Origin: an uncultured bacterium
GTDB taxonomy: Bacteria; Fidelibacterota; Marinisomatia; Marinisomatales; UBA1611
Reading direction: 5' to 3'
NCBI GenBank assembly: GCA_943788175.1
Contig: CALSPG010000005.1
Span: forward strand, 519,250 to 583,249
DNA: 64,000 bases
How positions within the stretch are numbered: position 1 is the stretch's first letter; each line of letters starts with the position of its first letter. Of this stretch, positions 12,140 through 20,084 are shown piece by piece. Position numbers and translations under genes: made by a program. The notes under the pieces are model-generated. The model made no database searches. It was not told the DNA's origin and saw only the letters and a list, made by a program, of their open reading frames with translations.

Positions 12140-13154
12140 GTAAGTTTTTTGCACTTTTCTTTGTTACTGTCTCTCTTTCTGTTGGCCAGTTTCGTGATAT
12201 TCCAGAGGTCGTGACAAAGGTAGCGACATCAACGGCTAATTGGTTAAAATTAGAAACATCTGCTCGTGCAATTGGCATGGGTGGATCGCATGTTGCTTCT
12301 GGAAGAGGTATCGCTGGTATTCCTTACAATCCTGCTAGTGCAGCATTTATTGAACGTAGCGAAGCTTATTTTTCAAGTGTGAACTACATCGCTGGTATTC
12401 AGCATGGTGTACTTAGTTATGGTAAGAAGGTTGGACCTTCTGATTTTGTTGGTCTTCATTTATTTTACTTAGATAGTGGCCCGATGGCTGTAACGAACGA
12501 ATATTATCCCGATGGTACTGGAGAGGATTTTAGAGTTGTTTCTACTGCTTTTAGAACAACGTATGCTCGCAAGATGACAGATCGATTAAAAGTAGGTGGT
12601 TCATTAAACTATATTCGAGATGTGATTTATGAAGCTGATATGCAAGCTCTGGCGTTTGATATTGGTTCTAATTTTGACACCGGTATCTACGGAGTTATGC
12701 TTGGAATGAGCATTGCAAATTTTGGTCCTGAAGTACAATACAATGGTGAGAGTTTACATATTACTGTTCCAGATACTATTGATGTTGATGAGCGCGTGAG
12801 TAAGATAACAACGAAGTTTCCACTGCCACTAGTATTTAGGCTTGGCATTGAAAATGAAGTTGTTGGCTCCGAATAGTGTCTTTGTAAAACATCCTCAGCA
12901 TAGCTTGAAGATTAGCATCGATGGCATCAAGCCAAATGATTATACTGTTTACGGGACGATGGGCATGGAGTATAGTTGGCAAAATCTTGCTTTCGCTCGT
13001 TTGGGTAGTCACTTAGGTCATGATACGGCGGGGTTAAGTGCAGGGGCTGGGTTAAGGCTAAGGCTTGGTAAGATGGTAGCCGTTGTAGATTATGCTTTTG
13101 TGGATTATGACTTATTAAAAACAACACATCAAGTCTCTATGGGGATTGAGTTTT
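12101..13154 (+). repeat. Direct repeat A, copy 1 (~1.05 kb: last 12 codons of cargo plus entire PorV gene)
   Basis: Matches 16489-17541 at offset 4388 (4387 after the indel); differences seen by eye at 12543, 12952, 12955, 12958, 13012 plus one extra C. Confidence 0.97.
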
Positions 13155-13156
13155 GA
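12136..13156 (+). CDS. PorV/PorQ-family (UPF0164-like) outer-membrane protein, copy 1; extra C at 12869-12870
   Basis: WLKLETSARAIGMG, YNPA, AFDIG, NFGP, LPLVFRLG, terminal Phe; the intact copy at 16524 reads GGCTCGAAT where this copy reads GGCTCCGAAT. Confidence 0.85.
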
Positions 13157-16100
13157 TAAAGGTCCTTTCTTTTGTAGTTTTATATTCTTTTTTAGTTCTC
13201 AGCTTTACAGTCAGCAATGTGTCTCAAATGCGGGCATAGATAAAACTGTATGCGGTGGCAAGAAAGTAGGAAGTAATTACAGAGTTTATTTAGATGGTTC
13301 TGATTCTTATATTTTGAATGGATCTATTAATTATGAATGGTCATCTCTGGATGATGGTATCTCTTTTTCAAGCAGTCAATCAAGAAGAGCAGAACCCTAT
13401 TTTAATTATCCTCAGGACCTCGATCAGGATAAGGAGTTTAGAATAGAATTAAGAGTTTATGAAGACGATGAGGCATGTGAAAGCGTCGACACGGTACTTG
13501 TTGTTTGCAAGGCAAATATGTGTCCTATTCCTGATGTGGGAGAAGATTTTAAAGTCAGTAGCGGTTGCGATTTAACAGTTTCACTTGATGCGTCTGGCTC
13601 TGTTGACCCGGATGATTCTAATATTAATTATTCTTGGTCTTCTTTAAATGGCCTTGATGCAAACTTGCAAAATAGTAATTCTTCTGTAGCTACTTTTAAC
13701 TTTCCGATGATATCCTCCGAAGCAAGTTTACAGTTTTGCTGTTGCTTTGGATGATGGTGAAAATTTTGTATCTGACACGTTAGCGGTTACTTATTTAAAA
13801 AATTCCTCGCCGGTAGCTGATGCGGGTGCAGATTTTACTACATGTGATTACCAATTTAAGTTGACATCAAAAAAATCATATGATAAAGATTGGAATTCTC
13901 TTTCTTATTCATGGTCACTAATTAATGGTGACTTAGTAATGGAAGGTGAATCAATGCCGGAAATTTTGGTTACATCTCCTTTGGACTTAGAACAAAATAC
14001 AGACTTTCATTTTGAGCTTGCAATCACTGAAACTATTGCAGGTGAACAGTATTGCACTGATAAGGATACTGTGGTCGTTACGATTAGAAAAAATATTTGC
14101 CCAATTGCTGATGCTGGTGGAAATATTCGAGTTCCTAAATTTGATAACAATCCGGTTGTTTTGAGTGCTGTTAATTCATTAGATCCTGATGGAGAAGGTC
14201 TTATTTTTTCGTGGACGGGTGACAATGGAGAGGTCATTAACGATGTTGAGGTTATTGTCAATGATCCAAATCCAGACTCTTTATATTCAAAATATAATTA
14301 TAAGCTAAGTGTCACAGATAGTGAAGGTTCATTTTCAATCGATAGTGTTTCAGTTATTTTTGGCAATTTTTCTAAACCTAATGCGCCAAAGATTTTTGCA
14401 GTTGCTGACCACAAGAGAGTTCTTGTCTCGTGGGATGCTAGTGCTGAAACTTCTATTGACTCATTAACTGGATATGCTGACTTTGAGGGCTACAAGTTAT
14501 ATCGTTCAATTGATGGTGGTGTAACTTGGGGAGGGAATGAGGATAAGTTATATGATTTTGATGGCAATTTTATCGGTTGGATTCCCTATGCCCAATTTGA
14601 TTTAGATTATGAACAAGATATAAACCACTGTATTTATACCAGTGCAGATTGTGATAGTGATGAGCCAAAAAGGAATGTTTCAATATCTGGTTTAGATCCC
14701 TTTGCACCTAGGTATAGCCTGGGTGTTAATTCTGGTATTCAATATGCGTATGTTGATTCGAATGTTGTTGACGGTATTGAGTACACGTATACCATTTGTG
14801 CTTATGATATTGGATTAGAGCCTTTTGAAATGGCTTATATATTAAATGACTCAACTCAAACTTATGATTCCGATACGGTTTGGGCTGGAACAAATCCGGA
14901 TAAATTTATGGGTCCAGAAATGCTTAATTACTATAATATTAATGGTGGTTTCATTCGGTCTACTCCAAATCCAAACCGTGGCTATCCATATCTTGAAACT
15001 GATAAGGGTTCTTCTCCGCTCGACAATAATTTTATTACTGTAGTCCCCGGTTACACACCAAGTAATATTTCTTTTCCAGATGAGAGTGATATCGAGGCAA
15101 TTTTCTTATCTGATTCTAATAATATAGGTACAGGTGAAAGAGGATATTTTATAGTAGATAGAGGTGAAATATCAGCAGGGAAAATTTTAAAATATGAAAT
15201 AAAAGCTAACCAAGGTATGGATGCTATTGATGGCATTGCTACTGAGGACCCAATGCTTTATGTTTTTGAAGTTCTAAATGATGGTTCTCCAAAATATTCT
15301 AATTCATACGATCCCCAGACTTTAACTTTCTTTGAAAATGATTCGCTTGAAAGATTGCCAGGGTCAATTCTTGAATCTTCAAATCTTGTTGTTCCTGAAT
15401 TTCAATTAATCCAACCTTTAGATCGATGGAGCGATATGATGGATGGTATCCGCTTTAGATTTGATAATGCGCTTCCATTAAGCCCTTCTGCTCCTCCGAT
15501 CCTAGAACCTTCAAAATATTTGCTTTACAATGCTGACGAGTCTGAATTTGACTCTTTACAATTTGCTCAGTGGATTTATGTTGATAATATTGAAATTGAG
15601 TTATCATATACAAATTTAGCTAGCTATATGCGCAGGTTGAATTTTGATTACGAAATAGAGTTTTTTTCAGAGGCAATAGGTGATTCAGTGTTCGTTGGGT
15701 ATGGTATGATGGGTCTTCCTTTTAGAATTACAAATTTATATACAGGTAAAAAAGTTGGGGTTACTTGTTTTGATTTGGGTACAAATAATAATCCGTCTGA
15801 GGGCTCTGAAAACGGTGTTGGAGATTTAAGTTGGACTAAAGGTGAAGAAATTGCCTTCATTGGTGACACTGTATCCATTGCTGGGCAAGAGCTTTCAAAA
15901 TATAATTTCAATTTAAAAATTAATTATCGAATCAGGACTGGGGAGCAGTTTAGTAAGGCATGGTCTCCAGCTATAGAATATTCAGAAAATGATACTGTGT
16001 TTTTTAATCAAATGTTTTGGATTACATCTGCAATATCAAAAAACATTGAACCCTCGACTCCATACATTGATGAGAATAACGATGGAGTTAATGATAATTC

Positions 16101-16527
16101 ATGGAAACCAATTTATCCTTGGAAAAATGGTGACAAACTTATTTACGGTCCTTCAAAGTTTTTTGAAGACGGAGATAATTGGGTTTCAGATATGAGTGTA
16201 CTCGGAAAAGTATCAACTGTCGCTGATACCACATTAGATACAATTAAAGTCGTACCAAACCCATATATCGTAAGGTCTCGATTTAATGAGACTGCGATAT
16301 CTAGAAAATTAAGATTCACAAACTTACCTCAAGAATGCAGAATTAGAATTTATACGGTCACTGGAGAATTAATAAGGGTCTTGGACCATGTAAATCAGTT
16401 TGATGGTAATGAGTGGTGGGATTTAAGAACTGCAAATAACCAAGAAGTTGCTCCAGGATTGTACATTTATCATGTTGAGAGTACAAATGGTGAAGAGAAG
16501 GTTGGAAAATTTGCGGTGATACGATGA
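13146..16527 (+). CDS. Large secreted protein (cargo 2): PKD-like repeats, FN3-like domain, PNPY...KFAVIR C-terminal domain; +1 frameshift at ~13720
   Basis: PKD-type motifs SNAGID, CPIPDVG..LDASGSVDPD, PVADAGAD, CPIADAG..SLDPDG; frames join as ..MISS/QVYSFAVALDDG; DFEGYKLYRS; same C-terminus as cargo 1. Confidence 0.78.
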
Positions 16528-17541
16528 GTAAGTTTTTTGCACTTTTCTTTGTTACTGTCTCTCTTTCTGTTGGCCAGTTTCGTGATATTCCAGAGGTCGT
16601 GACAAAGGTAGCGACATCAACGGCTAATTGGTTAAAATTAGAAACATCTGCTCGTGCAATTGGCATGGGTGGATCGCATGTTGCTTCTGGAAGAGGTATC
16701 GCTGGTATTCCTTACAATCCTGCTAGTGCAGCATTTATTGAACGTAGCGAAGCTTATTTTTCAAGTGTGAACTACATCGCTGGTATTCAGCATGGTGTAC
16801 TTAGTTATGGTAAGAAGGTTGGACCTTCTGATTTTGTTGGTCTTCATTTATTTTACTTAGATAGTGGCCCGATGGCTGTAACGAACGAATATTATCCCGA
16901 TGGTACTGGAGAGGATTTTAGAGTTGTTTCCACTGCTTTTAGAACAACGTATGCTCGCAAGATGACAGATCGATTAAAAGTAGGTGGTTCATTAAACTAT
17001 ATTCGAGATGTGATTTATGAAGCTGATATGCAAGCTCTGGCGTTTGATATTGGTTCTAATTTTGACACCGGTATCTACGGAGTTATGCTTGGAATGAGCA
17101 TTGCAAATTTTGGTCCTGAAGTACAATACAATGGTGAGAGTTTACATATTACTGTTCCAGATACTATTGATGTTGATGAGCGCGTGAGTAAGATAACAAC
17201 GAAGTTTCCACTGCCACTAGTATTTAGGCTTGGCATTGAAAATGAAGTTGTTGGCTCGAATAGTGTCTTTGTAAAACATCCTCAGCATAGCTTGAAGATT
17301 AGCATCGATGGCATCAAGCCAAATGATTATACTGTTTATGGTACAATGGGCATGGAGTATAGTTGGCAAAATCTTGCTTTCGCTCGTTTGGGTAGTCATT
17401 TAGGTCATGATACGGCGGGGTTAAGTGCAGGGGCTGGGTTAAGGCTAAGGCTTGGTAAGATGGTAGCCGTTGTAGATTATGCTTTTGTGGATTATGACTT
17501 ATTAAAAACAACACATCAAGTCTCTATGGGGATTGAGTTTT
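16489..17541 (+). repeat. Direct repeat A, copy 2
   Basis: Near-identical to 12101-13154; identity starts at GGTGAAGAGAAG and ends at the stop codon (TGA vs TAA). Confidence 0.97.
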
Positions 17542-17543
17542 AA
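16524..17543 (+). CDS. PorV/PorQ-family (UPF0164-like) outer-membrane protein, copy 2 (intact)
   Basis: 339 aa, signal peptide, ARAIGMG/YNPA hatch motifs of FadL/PorV-like barrels, amphipathic strands, C-terminal Phe; ATGA overlap with the cargo stop. Confidence 0.88.
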   Translation: MSKFFALFFVTVSLSVGQFRDIPEVVTKVATSTANWLKLETSARAIGMGGSHVASGRGIAGIPYNPASAAFIERSEAYFSSVNYIAGIQHGVLSYGKKVGPSDFVGLHLFYLDSGPMAVTNEYYPDGTGEDFRVVSTAFRTTYARKMTDRLKVGGSLNYIRDVIYEADMQALAFDIGSNFDTGIYGVMLGMSIANFGPEVQYNGESLHITVPDTIDVDERVSKITTKFPLPLVFRLGIENEVVGSNSVFVKHPQHSLKISIDGIKPNDYTVYGTMGMEYSWQNLAFARLGSHLGHDTAGLSAGAGLRLRLGKMVAVVDYAFVDYDLLKTTHQVSMGIEF

Positions 17544-17636
17544 TTTTCTGATGACTTGCTTTTCTCATCTTCAATAGAGTATTTTTTTATATAGAGCACA
17601 GATTTTTTTTATTTACAACGTTCAAAGAGGTATAAT

Positions 17637-19931
17637 ATGAAAATAAAGTTATTCATTATCGTTTCTTTGGTTGCTTTCTTAGTAGCCGATGACTCTAAAA
17701 CTGAAAAAACCACAACTGCTCCGCTTCAAGTTGAAGATAGTATCCCCGTGGCTGAAGCTAAAGAGAGGAGTTCTGCTCATACTAACTCTAGGGAATCAAG
17801 CTTCGCTTCCTTTAAAATTGATAGTTCTAAAAATGGTTATGGTGGATTTTTAGAGACAACTAGTCCATTAGCCTACTCTTATGATGCTAATAATGATGGA
17901 GATAATGCAGGGTGGGTAGCTGTATATAGGCAATTTGGAACGATGGATGAAACGGCAGGATTTCTAGGGGTTGCCCAGTCTGGACCTGATGGTGAAGAAT
18001 GGACTGTGGATAGTAGAATTAATACAACTTATCCCGAAAATCAAACGTATACGCTTGCAAATCCTGGTCTTCCGACCCCAGATGGTGCACCTGGTGCTAG
18101 ATACCCGAGTGCTGTTGTCTCCTCTTTTCAAAATAAACCAATGGCAGTATGGAATGAATATACGTTAGCGACTTATGGCGGAGGCGAGAGTGGTGGCGTT
18201 CCTATGTTTGCATATGATGTTTTCCCTACGGGTGAACTTTCAAATTTTTCGCCTATTCAACACCTAAATAAAGGGTGTGTAAATTTAAATTTAGCTGGGG
18301 GTGAAGTTTGTGATCCACCTGACCTATGGCAAGCCAATGTTCAACTAATTGATAATGATAATTCTAACGGCGGTCCTAGGTTGTTAGCAATGTATACTAG
18401 CTGGGCTGGTGATACTTATCCTAAATACATGATTAAGAGTACTAATGTAGCAAATGGCTATGTAATTGCAGATGATCCAAATTATATCCAACAAGACTCT
18501 CTAGATCAAGACGATCAAGGTAATTGTGTTTGGTATGAATGTGGGGGCTATACTGGTACGCCAGATTTCCATGTAAATAGAGATGGCATTGGTTATTTAG
18601 GTATGAGTTCTTTCTCTGCTGATAGTGATACAGAGCCGCCTTTTTCACATACTATTTTCTTTAAACAGACAGAAGATTATGGCGCTACTTGGACATCAGA
18701 AGGTGGTCTCAAGAACTCTGGATATTATTATTTATCAGATGATAAATTATATGAACTCCATGACTCATTGCTGACTTTATGGTCTACGAACCCAGACGAT
18801 TATCCAGGTAAGCCGTGGTACCCTTGGGCTACTAACTCTGAAGGTGAAGTTGTTGGTGATACTATTCAGTTTTTTGAGGATACTACTAGCCTAGGTGAAC
18901 AAATCAATTACTTTAACACTGCTGAGTATTTTGTACATTACGAATATGATATCATGACAGATCAAGATGGTGGTTTGCATTTTACAGCAATGTCTTGGCC
19001 ATATCTATGTGAAGACATAGAAGGTGGTTGTGCTGATTACATATTTGACGGAGATTTAGAGGTTTCCGGTTCTGATTCAATATCTTTAGATAATCGTTTT
19101 GTTGGAGCGGGGATGTATCATTATTATAATCCTAACCCGGTGGATAGTCCAAACGCTTGGACAGCAACTTTTATAGAAGATTATTCTGAAGCATTTAGCG
19201 CTGACTGGCCGGCTACTGGACCAATGACTTTATATTCAGATCCTGAGTTTTTCTTTACTCCGAATGTTAGACCAAGCTATGAAGAAGGCAGTCAGGTTTT
19301 ATGGTATGCGTCTGTAAATATGTCTAGCACCTCTTGGGATGCTGATTCGGCTCTTCAAACGCCAAATGATTTAGATATCTTTATGTCCAAATCAGTTGAT
19401 AATGGTAGGACATGGACAGAAGCAGAAAATGTTACAAATACCTTAGGTACGGAAGGTTTCCCACAGGTTGAATATGGACATCATCTTGCAAATATTGGTT
19501 CTGATTATGAAATTGGTATTTTTTATCAAATGCCAAATTTTAATTTTGAAACATATCCGCCTGCAACTGGCTATTATGACTATATGAACTATGTTTATGT
19601 AGGTAAATATGAAAATGACTTAGAGTCATTAAGCACTATAGGTGGCAAGGATAAAAAAATCATTCCTAGTTCTTTTGTTTTAAAACAAAACTACCCCAAT
19701 CCTTTCAATCCAGTCACGAAAATAAGCTTTGGGATAGATGTAAGTTCGAATGTTAAGCTATCCTTGTATGATGTTCGCGGAGGTTTTGTTGAGACTTTAA
19801 TAAATAAAAAGACTCAAGCGGGTAATCATGATTTTATGCTTGATGCTTCTCATCTGGCTAGTGGCGTATACTTTTATACGATGACGGTAAATGAGGTCAG
19901 TCAAACTAAAAAACTAGTTCTTATGAAATAA
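17637..19931 (+). CDS. Secreted acidic protein with Asp-box motifs and T9SS type A-like CTD
   Basis: Signal peptide; TEDYGATW and SVDNGRTW; C-terminus LKQNYPNPFNP..LASGVYFY..KKLVLMK; RBS AGAGG. Confidence 0.8.
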   Translation: MKIKLFIIVSLVAFLVADDSKTEKTTTAPLQVEDSIPVAEAKERSSAHTNSRESSFASFKIDSSKNGYGGFLETTSPLAYSYDANNDGDNAGWVAVYRQFGTMDETAGFLGVAQSGPDGEEWTVDSRINTTYPENQTYTLANPGLPTPDGAPGARYPSAVVSSFQNKPMAVWNEYTLATYGGGESGGVPMFAYDVFPTGELSNFSPIQHLNKGCVNLNLAGGEVCDPPDLWQANVQLIDNDNSNGGPRLLAMYTSWAGDTYPKYMIKSTNVANGYVIADDPNYIQQDSLDQDDQGNCVWYECGGYTGTPDFHVNRDGIGYLGMSSFSADSDTEPPFSHTIFFKQTEDYGATWTSEGGLKNSGYYYLSDDKLYELHDSLLTLWSTNPDDYPGKPWYPWATNSEGEVVGDTIQFFEDTTSLGEQINYFNTAEYFVHYEYDIMTDQDGGLHFTAMSWPYLCEDIEGGCADYIFDGDLEVSGSDSISLDNRFVGAGMYHYYNPNPVDSPNAWTATFIEDYSEAFSADWPATGPMTLYSDPEFFFTPNVRPSYEEGSQVLWYASVNMSSTSWDADSALQTPNDLDIFMSKSVDNGRTWTEAENVTNTLGTEGFPQVEYGHHLANIGSDYEIGIFYQMPNFNFETYPPATGYYDYMNYVYVGKYENDLESLSTIGGKDKKIIPSSFVLKQNYPNPFNPVTKISFGIDVSSNVKLSLYDVRGGFVETLINKKTQAGNHDFMLDASHLASGVYFYTMTVNEVSQTKKLVLMK

Positions 19932-20025
19932 GTTTTTTAAAGTTGTCAAAATATTTAAAAATTACTTTTTAAGTGTTTTGTGTCTTTGAATCGTATATTT
20001 GTTAAGAAATAAAATCTAAAGTAGT

Positions 20026-20059
20026 AAAGTGGGAAAGTCTAATAGCTTTCCCACTTTTT
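20026..20059 (+). terminator. Intrinsic terminator-like hairpin
   Basis: 12-bp stem AAAGTGGGAAAG / CTTTCCCACTTT with 8-nt loop, followed by T run, between 19931 and 20085. Confidence 0.7.
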
Positions 20060-20084
20060 GATTTAATAAAGTAGGAAAAATAAA

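Noticed and set aside
12136-13156. PorV copy 1 as a pseudogene
   Set aside because: A single extra base, with all other observed differences synonymous, implies purifying selection; sequencing error is more likely
20010-20084. c-di-GMP or other riboswitch upstream of the 20085 gene
   Set aside because: Only one simple hairpin; no GEMM-like two-hairpin architecture or conserved aptamer motifs visible
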